Shown here piece after piece: positions 1 through 9,620 of a DNA stretch of 62,736 nucleotides; the stretch's first letter is position 1, and each line of letters opens with the position of its first letter. The notes beneath the pieces were generated by a model. It made no database searches. It was not told the DNA's origin and saw nothing but the letters and a program-made list of their open reading frames with translations. The translations under genes were made by a program, and so were the position numbers. This DNA comes from Verrucomicrobiota bacterium (GTDB lineage: Bacteria > Verrucomicrobiota > Verrucomicrobiia > Limisphaerales > CANJXF01). The stretch lies in NCBI GenBank assembly GCA_038214755.1, contig JBBQRQ010000018.1:1-62736 (forward strand), read 5' to 3'.

Positions 1-40
1 GAAGCCGCCTCAACGGGGTGTGATTTCAAATGGCGGTCAC

Positions 41-191
41 GTAGCGCAGGAATGCATACAGCTTTATAGCCGGTTTGAAACCAGCTGTACGGCGCAACTA
101 TATAAAGTCATTAGTATTTGATGTCTTTCCGTTCTGGCGGCATCTCGCAGGTTGAAAACCTGCGATACAGCAGGATGCAATCCTGCGCTAC
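41..191. repeat. REP-like inverted-repeat element (GTAG family)
   Basis: GTAGCGCAGGA at 41 pairs with TCCTGCGCTAC ending at 191, with internal hairpins. Related to the element at 33385-33492. Confidence 0.7.
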
Positions 192-257
192 ACGGCGCGG
201 AATTTTAGGATTTGCAATTGCGCTTTCCCGCGGGCTGTGGCTGATTGTGCGCACTTT

Positions 258-713
258 ATGCCCCACCAAAAGGCCATCCGAGCTGCTTTTGCCCACGTCC
301 CTTATCCGGGGGACAATAATATCACGCGTTGTCCTTATCATTGCCGGACGTGCCGCGAGATCGCGGATTTTTTCAAAGGCAAAACCTGGGAGGGCCACGC
401 GCTGGAAGATCTGCGCGATCACCACACCGCCCTTTCGCTTTTCACGTCCGATGCCTTTCATTATTTTTTGCCGGCTTTCATGCTCGGCTCGCTGGAATCT
501 CCCGACAAAATAAATCTATTGCCCGACGCCATTCGGTATCATTTCGAATTTAATCTCGACCATCGGGATTATTTTTCCGTGCATCTGACCAAATTTTCCG
601 AGGAACAGCGCAAAGTAATCATCGAGTTTTTACGCTACGTGGAAAGCAAAGGAGGCGGTTCTGCGGAAGACGCCGTGGGACTGCTTCAGGAACAAGCGGC
701 TGAACGAGTGTAG
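258..713 (+). CDS. hypothetical protein (DUF6714-like)
   Basis: ATG at 258. The motifs IRAAFAHVPYPGD and LSLFTSDAFHYFLPAFM resemble this family. The stop TAG lies inside a REP. Confidence 0.6.
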   Translation: MPHQKAIRAAFAHVPYPGDNNITRCPYHCRTCREIADFFKGKTWEGHALEDLRDHHTALSLFTSDAFHYFLPAFMLGSLESPDKINLLPDAIRYHFEFNLDHRDYFSVHLTKFSEEQRKVIIEFLRYVESKGGGSAEDAVGLLQEQAAERV

Positions 714-778
714 CCGCTGACGTGAGGAGGCGGTCGGGACTGCATAAATCCAATCCACCTCCTCACGTCGGCGGCTAC
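710..778. repeat. REP doublet between convergent genes
   Basis: GTAGCCGCTGACGTGAGGAGG ... CCTCCTCACGTCGGCGGCTAC. A second copy is at 19072-19142. Confidence 0.8.
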
Positions 779-784
779 CATCAA

Positions 785-1093
785 TTAGCCATTCTGCGCA
801 TCCGCGATCCGCTGCAAATAATCGAACGAAAAAATTCCCGATCCGTGGCCATCGTTCCATGTCGGCTGAATGCCATAACCGCCGACGTAATCGAATTTTC
901 GCAATTGAAACGCGGCAGGAGAAAGCGGCCGGTCGGGACTCTTGTAGAGGTTTCCCATCACATCCACTTCGCCTTTGCAACCGGCGCACGGGCAATGGCG
1001 GCGCAAACTTTCCAGACGGACAAAACTTTCCGTGCCGTCGTCCCATTTGATCGCCAACTCATCGCCAATGGGTTGAATGTCTCGCGGGCGCAT
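785..1093 (-). CDS. DUF971 / GBBH-like N-terminal domain protein
   Basis: Motifs LAIKWDDG, LRRHCPCAGCKG, VGGYGIQPTWNDGHGSGIFSFDYL. Confidence 0.85.
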   Translation of the reverse strand: MRPRDIQPIGDELAIKWDDGTESFVRLESLRRHCPCAGCKGEVDVMGNLYKSPDRPLSPAAFQLRKFDYVGGYGIQPTWNDGHGSGIFSFDYLQRIADAQNG

Positions 1094-1344
1094 GGGCTGA
1101 CTTTACTCTGCCAGTTCGTTTAACGGCGAAAAGTTTTTTCAACAATTTTGTGGAAATACCAAACGCATCCTGGACGGAGTCTGCCCAGTAGCGCAGTGCG
1201 TCTCGTCTGCCGCTTTGTTCTCCCTCCTGCTCCGGCAACACGCTCCGCCCTACTTTGTGGTGTGCCCGGCGAAAACTTCCCAAATATAGACGCGGCTAAC
1301 TTTCTTTCTTGACTCAAACTATTGATCCGCTAATTTCTTCGCGC

Positions 1345-2241
1345 ATGAAAATGAAGTTCGTCCCGCCCAATTTTTTTCCGTGTGTGGCGTGGGCGGCGTG
1401 GTTTCTGGCCAGTGTTTCATCGCGGGGGGAGGGAATCGCCAGCGCCCCGACGCCGTCCGACAAGAGCGTTTATCATTTTTTCAATCCGACGCCGAAAGAA
1501 TTCATGCGGGAGTTTACAACCGATCGCCCCGACAAAACGGAAAGCCCTTTCACCGTGGACGCCGGGCATTTCCAGATGGAAATGGATTTGGTGAATTACA
1601 GTTATGATCGTTACAACCAAGCGAACATCCGAGCGGAGAGTTGGAGTTTCGCGGCGATGAATTTGAAAGCGGGATTGTGCAACAACGCCGATTTGCAATT
1701 GATCATTCCCACTTACAACCGAGCGCGCACCGATGATCGTGACGCCGGAAAAATTGAAAAGAGTTCCGGCTTCGGCGATTTGATTTCCCGCGTGAAAATC
1801 AACCTCTGGGGAAATGACGGAGGAAAAACCGCGTTCGCCTTCATGCCGTTTCTCAAATTGCCGACAAATCAAGATGGTCTAGGGAACGGCTCCGTGGAAG
1901 GCGGAATTATTTTTCCCTTGTCGGTCGAGTTGCCACGCAATTGGGGAATGGGACTGATGACGGAAGTGGATTTTAACCGGAACGAATCCCGCGCGGTCCA
2001 TCATGCCGAGTTCGTGAACTCAGTCACCTTCGGCCATCAGTTGACCGGGAAGCTGGAAGGCTATGTGGAATTTTTTAGCGCGGTCAGCGCCGAATCCGGT
2101 TCGGATTGGATTGGCACGTTGGACGCGGGATTGGTTTACGCGTTGACAGAAAACTTCCATCTTGACGGCGGAATTAATTTTGGAATTACTCGCGCCGCGG
2201 ACGATTTCAATCCGTTTGTCGGAATCTCATTTCGGTTCTAA
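1345..2241 (+). CDS. outer-membrane beta-barrel 'transporter' (MetA-pathway-of-phenol-degradation-like)
   Basis: Signal peptide, [21 protein letters not shown] motif, C-terminal Phe (GISFRF). Lies directly upstream of mntH. Confidence 0.75.
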   Translation: MKMKFVPPNFFPCVAWAAWFLASVSSRGEGIASAPTPSDKSVYHFFNPTPKEFMREFTTDRPDKTESPFTVDAGHFQMEMDLVNYSYDRYNQANIRAESWSFAAMNLKAGLCNNADLQLIIPTYNRARTDDRDAGKIEKSSGFGDLISRVKINLWGNDGGKTAFAFMPFLKLPTNQDGLGNGSVEGGIIFPLSVELPRNWGMGLMTEVDFNRNESRAVHHAEFVNSVTFGHQLTGKLEGYVEFFSAVSAESGSDWIGTLDAGLVYALTENFHLDGGINFGITRAADDFNPFVGISFRF

Positions 2242-2243
2242 AT

Positions 2244-3623
2244 ATGAAAGACCACGAGACAGCTACCGAAGAAACTTCGGAAGAAGGTTGGCGCAAGCGC
2301 AGTGAGCGACCCAGTTTGCAGGAAGTTCATCGCAGCATCACCGTGCCGAAAGGATTGGGCTTCTGGCGCAAGATGCTCGCGTTTTCCGGGCCGGGTTATC
2401 TGGTCGCCGTCGGCTACATGGATCCGGGAAATTGGGCGACGGACCTCGCGGGCGGTTCGGCCTTCGGTTACACGCTGCTCAGCGTCATTTTGATTTCCAA
2501 TCTGATGGCGATTCTTTTGCAATCGCTCTGTGCGAAACTCGGCATCGTCACCGGCCGTGATCTGGCGCAAGCCTGTCGCGATCATTATTCAAAACCGACG
2601 GCCATCGCGCTGTGGCTGATGTGCGAGATCGCGATCTGCGCGTGCGACCTTGCCGAGGTCATCGGCTCAGCCATCGCGCTGAATTTGCTTTTCAAGATTC
2701 CATTGGAGTGGGGCGTTTGCATCACGGCGCTGGATGTTTTTGCGATCATGTATTTGCAGAACAAAGGATTTCGTTACATCGAAGCGCTGGTCATCATTTT
2801 GATTCTCACGATTGGCGGCTGTTTTTTTGCGGAAATCATTTTCTCCCACCCGAAATTCGCCGCCGTTATGGGCGGATTTATTCCGCGTTTTGAAGTCATT
2901 AAGAATCCGCAAATGCTTTATGTCGCCATCGGGATTTTGGGCGCGACGGTGATGCCGCATAATTTATATTTGCATTCGTCCATTGTGCAGACCCGCAAAT
3001 ACGAGCAGAACCGCGAAGGCAAAAAAGAGGCGATCAAGTTTGCGACGATTGATTCGACGGTAGCGCTGATGTTCGCGTTGTTTATCAACGCGGCCATTCT
3101 GATTGTTTCGGCGGCGACGTTTCATACACGAGGGCAAAACGACGTGGCCGAAATTCAAGACGCCTACAAACTTCTCACGCCGACGCTGGGAGTGATCGGA
3201 GCGAGCACGCTTTTTGCGGTGGCGCTGCTGGCTTCGGGACAAAACTCGACTTTGACTGGCACGCTGGCGGGTCAAATTGTGATGGAAGGTTTTTTAAACA
3301 TTCGCTTGCGCCCGTGGTTGCGGCGGTTGATCACGCGGTTGATTGCGATCATTCCGGCGGTGATCGTGACCATGATGTATGGCGAAAGCGGCACGGCAAA
3401 ATTATTGATTTTCAGCCAGGTGCTTTTGAGCCTGCAACTGTCGTTCGCGGTCATTCCGCTGATTATTTTCACGAGCAGCCAAAAGAAAATGGGCGAATTC
3501 GTCAATCCGCTTTGGATAAAAATTCTGGCGTGGCTCACGGCGGGAATTATCGTCGCGTTGAACGTGAAATACTTGATGGATTTCAGCGGAGTGACCAAGT
3601 GGTTTATGAAATTGATTTCGTAG
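2244..3623 (+). CDS. mntH: Nramp family divalent metal (Mn2+) transporter
   Basis: [13 protein letters not shown] and [13 protein letters not shown] signature motifs; many transmembrane helices. Confidence 0.95.
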   Translation: MKDHETATEETSEEGWRKRSERPSLQEVHRSITVPKGLGFWRKMLAFSGPGYLVAVGYMDPGNWATDLAGGSAFGYTLLSVILISNLMAILLQSLCAKLGIVTGRDLAQACRDHYSKPTAIALWLMCEIAICACDLAEVIGSAIALNLLFKIPLEWGVCITALDVFAIMYLQNKGFRYIEALVIILILTIGGCFFAEIIFSHPKFAAVMGGFIPRFEVIKNPQMLYVAIGILGATVMPHNLYLHSSIVQTRKYEQNREGKKEAIKFATIDSTVALMFALFINAAILIVSAATFHTRGQNDVAEIQDAYKLLTPTLGVIGASTLFAVALLASGQNSTLTGTLAGQIVMEGFLNIRLRPWLRRLITRLIAIIPAVIVTMMYGESGTAKLLIFSQVLLSLQLSFAVIPLIIFTSSQKKMGEFVNPLWIKILAWLTAGIIVALNVKYLMDFSGVTKWFMKLIS

Positions 3624-3713
3624 CCGCGTCCGTTCTGGCAGTCGCGTCTCGTGAGAGGGCGGATTTAAAAATTGAAATGTCCGCGCGCTCACGAAACGCG
3701 GACCCAAAAAATA

Positions 3714-4142
3714 ATGTATAAAAAAATTCTTGTCGCATTGGAAAACAGCCGCGCGGACAAAAGTTTGTTGCCGCACGTGATGGAGTTGGCCACGCATTTT
3801 CAATCAGAACTGTTGCTCGTGCACGTGGCAGATGGCTGGGTGGCGCGCAATTTTGAAAAATTAAAATTGGCCGAGTCCGATGAAATGAAAGAGGACCGGC
3901 GCTATCTCGAAAAAGTCGCCGCGCCGCTGCGAGAAAATGGATTGAAGGTTTCGACTCATCTGGCGATGGGCGATCCGCCGACCGAAATCATCAAGACAGC
4001 GGAGAAAGAACGTTGTGATTTGATCGCGATGACAACGCATGGCCATCGGCTGATCGGCGATATAATTTTCGGCAGCACCATCAACGAAGTCCGCCACAAA
4101 GTCAGCGTGCCGGTTTTATTGGTGAGGGCGGCGGGAAAATAA
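3714..4142 (+). CDS. universal stress protein
   Basis: MYKKILVAL start, DLIAMTTHGH...FGST motif, C-terminal VPVLLVR. Confidence 0.9.
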   Translation: MYKKILVALENSRADKSLLPHVMELATHFQSELLLVHVADGWVARNFEKLKLAESDEMKEDRRYLEKVAAPLRENGLKVSTHLAMGDPPTEIIKTAEKERCDLIAMTTHGHRLIGDIIFGSTINEVRHKVSVPVLLVRAAGK

Positions 4143-4182
4143 TTGTAGCTTCACCCCGCAAAAAAACGGGAAAGAGGGGCGG

Positions 4183-4404
4183 CTAAAAGTCGCGGATGAG
4201 ATTACGGACACGAATTTGCAATACCCTGGCAATTCTTAGAAGTGAATCGACGGATACATTTTCTTTTCCCCGTTTAAGGTCACTAATGAAGACGGTCGAC
4301 AGGTCGGCTTTTTCAGCTAATTTTTCTTGCGTTAGTTTGGCCTTCAGGCGTTTGGCCCGAATCCTTTGACCCAAACTTTTCCGATGTTGTGGAATAGCCG
4401 ACAC
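4183..4404 (-). CDS. XRE-family HTH transcriptional regulator
   Basis: LGQRIRAKR...LTQEKLAEKADLSTVFISDLKRG helix-turn-helix. Divergent from the 4545-8285 cluster. Confidence 0.85.
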   Translation of the reverse strand: MSAIPQHRKSLGQRIRAKRLKAKLTQEKLAEKADLSTVFISDLKRGKENVSVDSLLRIARVLQIRVRNLIRDF

Positions 4405-4544
4405 AAGCGGCTAACAGAAGCAGCAGAGCTAAAATGAAAACATAAGGTATACCTATATCTCTGCTTCTATTTTATTGCGGTTGGCGGATCTTGAGCTAAA
4501 GTCGGAACGCTTAAACCGAAATTATGGGATAGAAACAAAAAATT

Positions 4545-5888
4545 ATGAGAGGCGTCAAAGTAGGAGTGGCTGCGGCGGTCCTAGGTTTCATCATGTTCGT
4601 AATTCCATTATTCGCAGATCAACCAACCCAATCAATTTCGGAGGGTGAGTTAGGATTTGTCTTGGAAGCTATAAAAAAGCTGCCTCCCCTGCCACCGGAA
4701 AACCTTCCGCCAAGCGGAATGTTTTACTCTGTCAAAAATCCGGAATGGCCGCCATTTCCCGCCAATGTTTTTAATTTGTCCGCTTGGGATTTAGGTGAGG
4801 GCGGATTTTTACTGGATGATCGAACTTGGAAGTATGAAGGTTTAACTAGCGCGCAAAGTGAGCAGTCAATGCTCATGGACGTGAATTCGGGAGGTGGATC
4901 GTTTGCCAGCTATACCTCTGATGAACTTTGGTTGGAGGTTCCAACCAATAGTCTGGCTGTATCCAACCAGTTCAGCGTCATTCTTCACAACACGGTGACG
5001 AACCAGCCTTACGCGATATTGACCAAATCAGATCTCACCTGGTCCAACTGGACAGCAGAGCTACGCGTGACGGGCGTGGCGGGAAATGCAACTCCGGCGC
5101 AGTTGCCCAAAAACGACCGAACCAATTTGTTTATATGGGCGCGCACCTGCTCTTCTTCCAATCTAATAGTTGATGCCAGTCCGACGCCGCAAGAGCTGGC
5201 CCAATTGCTGGTTGGAGGGTGTGTGACAATTAGTAATGTCTCCTACACGGGAGCGGCAGTGGCCCGAGGCACATTTACGAATGGAATCTGTTCGGGCCTG
5301 GCGATAGACAACGGAGTAATCCTCTCTTCAGGAGATATAACCAATGCCATAGGGCCAAATAACACTTATTTTGCAAGTTCACCTTTGCAAACAAATGGTG
5401 ACACTGATTTGGATACCCTTGTTGGAGGCAGTGGCACTATTGATGCCACCGTGTTGGAATTCGACGTCATTTCACCCTCAAATTCCATTACCCTTACGTT
5501 TAACTACATTTTTGCGTCAGAAGAATACCCTGAATATATCAATCACTATAATGATCCGATGGCGATTTTTGTCAGCACAAACTACGTCGGCACAAACTGG
5601 ATCAACACCAATAACATCGCGCTTGTGCCGGGTACTACCAACTCTGTGAGCGTGAGTACTATCAATGAGAATTCCAATCCACAATTTTACGTGGACAATG
5701 GGGACCCAAAATATTCAACTAACGCACCGGTTGCCAACGTACAATATGATGGGTTCACCACGCTGCTTAGTGCGCAGACCCAAATTCTCCCTGGAATTAC
5801 TTACCATATCAAAATCGCCATCGCGGATTTCGATGATAACGGTTACGATTCGGCAGTTTTCATCAAAGCAGCGACACAATGTCCTTAA
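4545..5888 (+). CDS. secreted choice-of-anchor L-like domain protein
   Basis: Signal peptide. C-terminal domain carries GVILSSG, DATVLEFD, FNYIFASEEYPEY, NVQYDGFT and YHIKIAIAD..D..YDSAVFI. Confidence 0.8.
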   Translation: MRGVKVGVAAAVLGFIMFVIPLFADQPTQSISEGELGFVLEAIKKLPPLPPENLPPSGMFYSVKNPEWPPFPANVFNLSAWDLGEGGFLLDDRTWKYEGLTSAQSEQSMLMDVNSGGGSFASYTSDELWLEVPTNSLAVSNQFSVILHNTVTNQPYAILTKSDLTWSNWTAELRVTGVAGNATPAQLPKNDRTNLFIWARTCSSSNLIVDASPTPQELAQLLVGGCVTISNVSYTGAAVARGTFTNGICSGLAIDNGVILSSGDITNAIGPNNTYFASSPLQTNGDTDLDTLVGGSGTIDATVLEFDVISPSNSITLTFNYIFASEEYPEYINHYNDPMAIFVSTNYVGTNWINTNNIALVPGTTNSVSVSTINENSNPQFYVDNGDPKYSTNAPVANVQYDGFTTLLSAQTQILPGITYHIKIAIADFDDNGYDSAVFIKAATQCP

Positions 5889-5914
5889 CGTTGAAAAACA
5901 AAAAGAGGATCACT

Positions 5915-6595
5915 ATGGAAAAGATCATTCACATAATCCTGGCAGGATTCGGCTTGTTTACTGCGCAATTGGCAAACGCCCAAGGCACAATCTATTTATC
6001 GAATCTCGACAGTCCTTCGCGCGGCACCGGCGCTGTGGGAAGTGACGCCTGGATTGCCCAAGAGTTTTTCATTGGGAACACGGGCAACAGCTATCAACTT
6101 AATTCCATCCAATTACTGATGAGTCAAGCTACCGGCAGCCCAAGTGGCTTCAATGTCTTATTTTACAGCGCTAACGGGCGTATCCCCGGAAGCCTTCTGG
6201 GAAGCCTGAGCGGGCCTTCCGATCCATCGGCTGGCGGAATTTTTACTTATACGGCTTCGGGCCTCACGCTTTCATCCTCCACGGCCTATTTTATTGTCCT
6301 TACCTCTGCCACGCCCGTTGCAAACGGCTCTTACATTTGGAACCTCGGCGGCTTCGTCTATAGTAATAATTGGTCCGTGAACGCCAGTTATTCCAGTTCC
6401 ACGCATGGTGCAGATTGGGCTGGATTTACTGGGCCTTATAAATTTGCGGTGAATGCGACCGTGGTGCCTGAACCTACAACGTATGCGCTGGTGGGCTTGG
6501 GGCTGGTCTGTTTGACCTTCTGGCGCGCAAGAAAAGCCTTCACTATTATCAAAGCAATGAACCGCCTGTGTTCAATGTCCAGTATGACGGCATGA
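5915..6595 (+). CDS. PEP-CTERM protein (choice-of-anchor R-like), copy 1
   Basis: Signal peptide, AQGTIYLSNL start, VPEPTTYALVGLGLVCLTFWRARK tail. One extra A at about 6532-6535 relative to copy 2 lengthens the tail. Confidence 0.88.
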   Translation: MEKIIHIILAGFGLFTAQLANAQGTIYLSNLDSPSRGTGAVGSDAWIAQEFFIGNTGNSYQLNSIQLLMSQATGSPSGFNVLFYSANGRIPGSLLGSLSGPSDPSAGGIFTYTASGLTLSSSTAYFIVLTSATPVANGSYIWNLGGFVYSNNWSVNASYSSSTHGADWAGFTGPYKFAVNATVVPEPTTYALVGLGLVCLTFWRARKAFTIIKAMNRLCSMSSMTA

Positions 6596-6726
6596 CTACC
6601 AATCTTACAGCGCAGATACACATCATCGCCGGCGTTACCAACCATATCAAAATCGCCATCGCGGATTACTACGATACTGCTGTTGATTCAGCAGTTTTCC
6701 TCAAAGCAGCGACTCAATGCCCTTGA
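6538..6726 (+). pseudogene. orphan 3' fragment of choice-of-anchor L gene (variant 2)
   Basis: Stop-free 62 codons: LHYYQSNEPPVFNVQYDGMTTNLTAQIHIIAGVTNHIKIAIADYYDTAVDSAVFLKAATQCP*. Homologous to the end of 4545-5888. Confidence 0.85.
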
Positions 6727-6751
6727 CGGTTAGAGAGAGAAGAGCGCCGGT

Positions 6752-7438
6752 ATGAAAAAACACATTCGCATCATCCGCTTGGCCGTTGCGTTGTTCGCAC
6801 CCCTCGCTGCACAAGCGCAAGGCACAATTTATTTGTCGAATCTTGCACGACCCTCAATCGGCAGTGCGGCTGTCACAAGCGATGCCTGGATTGCCCAATT
6901 ACTCGTCACGGGAACGAATCCCAATGGTTATGCACTTAATTCCATTCAACTGCTCATGGGTGGCGCATCCAGCGGGCCAAGCGGTTTTTCCGTCATGATT
7001 TACAACAGTTCTACACCACATTATCCATTTAACCCTTCCAGTACCACGCCTGTGCAGAGCCTCGGAACTCTTAGCGGCCCTGATCCTTCGGCGGGCGGCA
7101 TTTTCACTTATACGGCTTCCGGCATAACCCTCTCTCCATCCACCCTTTATTTCATTGTCCTCACTGCCGCAACCCCTGCTGTCCAGGGTTCTTATGCTTG
7201 GAAGAGTGCCGACAATACTGTCATCCGAAATCCCAGCGACCCGTGGACACTTTACGATATTTATTACAGCTCGACCGAAGGCTCAAGCTGGGCGCTTCAT
7301 CTTCGTCAGGGAGTTTTTCAATTGGGATTGGACGCAACGGCGGTGCCGGAGCCTGCAACGTATGCGCTGGTGGGGTTGGGGCTGGTCTGTTTGACCTTCT
7401 GGCGCGCAAGAAAGCCTACACTATTATCAAAGCAATGA
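6752..7438 (+). CDS. PEP-CTERM protein (choice-of-anchor R-like), copy 2
   Basis: Signal peptide, AQGTIYLSNL, VPEPATYALVGLGLVCLTFWRARK. Confidence 0.88.
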   Translation: MKKHIRIIRLAVALFAPLAAQAQGTIYLSNLARPSIGSAAVTSDAWIAQLLVTGTNPNGYALNSIQLLMGGASSGPSGFSVMIYNSSTPHYPFNPSSTTPVQSLGTLSGPDPSAGGIFTYTASGITLSPSTLYFIVLTAATPAVQGSYAWKSADNTVIRNPSDPWTLYDIYYSSTEGSSWALHLRQGVFQLGLDATAVPEPATYALVGLGLVCLTFWRARKPTLLSKQ

Positions 7439-7604
7439 ACCGCCTGCGTTCAATTTCCAATTTGACGGCGTGACCGTGCGGCTGACAGCGGAGACACCAA
7501 TCTCTACCGGCATTCTTTACCATATCAAAATCGCCATCGCGGATTTCAATGATAACGGTTTCGATTCAGCAGTTTTCATCAAAGCAGCGCTACAATGTCC
7601 TTAA
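7416..7604 (+). pseudogene. orphan 3' fragment of choice-of-anchor L gene (variant 3)
   Basis: Stop-free 62 codons: LHYYQSNEPPAFNFQFDGVTVRLTAETPISTGILYHIKIAIADFNDNGFDSAVFIKAALQCP*. Confidence 0.85.
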
Positions 7605-7628
7605 CGTTGAAAACAAAAGAGAATCAGT

Positions 7629-8285
7629 ATGGAAAAAATAATGACCATTATGCTGTTAGCGGTGGGGCTGTTTGAACCGCAGCTTGCACCAGCCCAAGGC
7701 ACTCTTTACTTGTCAAACTTAGGCGAAACTCCAACCGGCAGTATGGCCACTGGAAGCAATGCGTGGCTTGCAAAGTCATTTCAAACTGGAACTGCTCCTG
7801 GAGGATATGTCCTTAATTCTGTTCAATTGCTGATGGATGACGCATCTGGAAATCCAAGTGGCTTTACTGTTGCGATCTACGATTATAATTCAATGTTCAA
7901 CCCGGGAAGCAGGCTTGGCAGTCTTAGCGGTTCAGATCCGCTGGCCAAGGGCGTTTACACTTACACGGCATCCGGCCTTACGCTGTCACGCTTGACTGTT
8001 TATTTTATAGTGATGACATCCGCAACCGCCATTGAAGATGGTTCTTTCAAGTGGAGTTTTGCAAATCCCGGTCTCTCTAGCGCCAGTGATAGATGGAATA
8101 TGGGAATTTATTATAATACCTCTCCTGACGGTTCAGACTGGACTAGAACTGCTGGCCCATATTTCCAGTTTGACGTTTATGCGACCGCGGTGCCGGAGCC
8201 TGCCACGTATGCGCTGGTAGCCTTGGGGCTGGTCTGTTTGACCATCTTGCGCGTAAGAAAACTTTCAATACCATCAAAGCAATGA
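7629..8285 (+). CDS. PEP-CTERM protein (choice-of-anchor R-like), copy 3
   Basis: Signal peptide, AQGTLYLSNL, VPEPATYALVALGLVCLTILRVRK. Confidence 0.88.
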   Translation: MEKIMTIMLLAVGLFEPQLAPAQGTLYLSNLGETPTGSMATGSNAWLAKSFQTGTAPGGYVLNSVQLLMDDASGNPSGFTVAIYDYNSMFNPGSRLGSLSGSDPLAKGVYTYTASGLTLSRLTVYFIVMTSATAIEDGSFKWSFANPGLSSASDRWNMGIYYNTSPDGSDWTRTAGPYFQFDVYATAVPEPATYALVALGLVCLTILRVRKLSIPSKQ

Positions 8286-8457
8286 CCGCCTGTATTTAAT
8301 GTCCAGTATGACGGGCTGACCGTGCTCCTCACAGCCAAGGCACAAATTTCTGTCGAAACTCCTCACCCATTTGCAGTCAACGCGACGGCCATGCCGGCGC
8401 CTTTCGGTTGGGCGCTATTGTTGATTGGAGCGGGTGCATTGTTGTTTCGCGGAAGCA
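8263..8457 (+). pseudogene. chimeric remnant: anchor-L 3' fragment fused to a degenerate PEP-CTERM tail
   Basis: FNVQYDGLTVLLTAKAQIS runs in frame into PFAVNATAMPAPFGWALLLIGAGALLFR. Confidence 0.65.
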
Positions 8458-9609
8458 CTATAACAATTCCAAAACGCGATTCAGTTCCGAGTCTGTGTTG
8501 TAAAAGTGCGGCGAAAGACGGATGTAGCGGCGTCCTGTTCGGTCGGCCCGCAACGAGGTGATGATATTCGTGTCTTCCAATTTTTTGTGCAGCGCGGACA
8601 AATCAAAATTCTCGCGGTAAAAGCTGGTGATAGCGCTGGCGTTCTCGGGCGGGGCGTCTGCTTGCAAAACCATGAATCCTTTTTTCTGTAGCGCGGGGAC
8701 AAGCCATTTCCTTTTTCGTAAAAGTTCAGCCGAAATATTTTCAATGCCGATTTCCAGAAGCATCTCGATGGCGGCATTGAGTCCAACCAGGCCGAGCAAA
8801 TTTTCTGAGCCGGCTTCGTAACGACGCGCATTGGTCGGATGAACGATGGTTTCTTGTGCGGTGTAGTTTGGGCAACTGACGTTGTGCCAGCCGAAAACTG
8901 TCGGGCGCAATTTTTCCTGGACGGCTTTTCGCACATACAGAATTCCCGCGGCGCACGGGCCGAGCAGCCACTTGTGCGCGTCGGCGGCGGCGAAATCAAC
9001 ATTCTCGACCGTGGTGGGAAAGGCACCGAGGGTTTGAATGGCGTCGAGGCAAAATAAAATATTTCGCTGGCGCAAAAATTCGCCGATGGCGCGGATGTCG
9101 ATTCGATATCCGGCGATAAAATGATTGGATGCGAGCGCGACGAGTCTGGTGTTTTCATCCACCTGTCCCATCACATCGAGCGAACGAATTTTTCCCAACT
9201 CGCGAATATTCATCAATCGGACTTGCACGCCTTTTTCGGCGAGGGCCATCCACGGATAAACATTGGAAGGATAGTCGTCGAAATAGATGAGAATGTTGTC
9301 GCCTTTTTTCCAGGACAAACCGCTGGCGACAAAACTCAAGCCGAGTGAAGTAGGGCCGACGAAAGCGATTTCGTCGGGCTGCGCGCAGAGGAGACGCGCG
9401 GCGTTTTCGCGAAATTTTTGAATTCGCGCTGGAGGAATAAGAGCTTCCTGATCGCCGAGCGTGCATAGAGTGGCGTAGTGGGCGATGGCTTCAGAAACGC
9501 GACGGGGCAGGGGACAAACTCCGGCGTGGCCGAGAAAAATTTTTTCTTTGACGACGGGGAATTCGTGTTGGCGCAGTTCTTCGTTGGAGAGGATTGCGGA
9601 GATTGTCAT
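8458..9609 (-). CDS. aminotransferase class V (cysteine desulfurase-like) PLP enzyme
   Basis: Motifs FLGHAG, LFCLDAIQTLG, ADAHKWLLGP (PLP lysine), IRLSPHFYN. Confidence 0.88.
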   Translation of the reverse strand: MTISAILSNEELRQHEFPVVKEKIFLGHAGVCPLPRRVSEAIAHYATLCTLGDQEALIPPARIQKFRENAARLLCAQPDEIAFVGPTSLGLSFVASGLSWKKGDNILIYFDDYPSNVYPWMALAEKGVQVRLMNIRELGKIRSLDVMGQVDENTRLVALASNHFIAGYRIDIRAIGEFLRQRNILFCLDAIQTLGAFPTTVENVDFAAADAHKWLLGPCAAGILYVRKAVQEKLRPTVFGWHNVSCPNYTAQETIVHPTNARRYEAGSENLLGLVGLNAAIEMLLEIGIENISAELLRKRKWLVPALQKKGFMVLQADAPPENASAITSFYRENFDLSALHKKLEDTNIITSLRADRTGRRYIRLSPHFYNTDSELNRVLELL

Positions 9610-9620
9610 AGCAGCGGTCG

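Noticed and set aside
5800..7610. Regularly spaced 27-bp repeats as a CRISPR array
   Set aside because: Spacing is 838-878 bp, the repeats are coding-derived, and no cas genes are present.
5915..8285. Diversity-generating retroelement acting on the PEP-CTERM genes
   Set aside because: No reverse transcriptase is present, and the differences are not adenine-specific.
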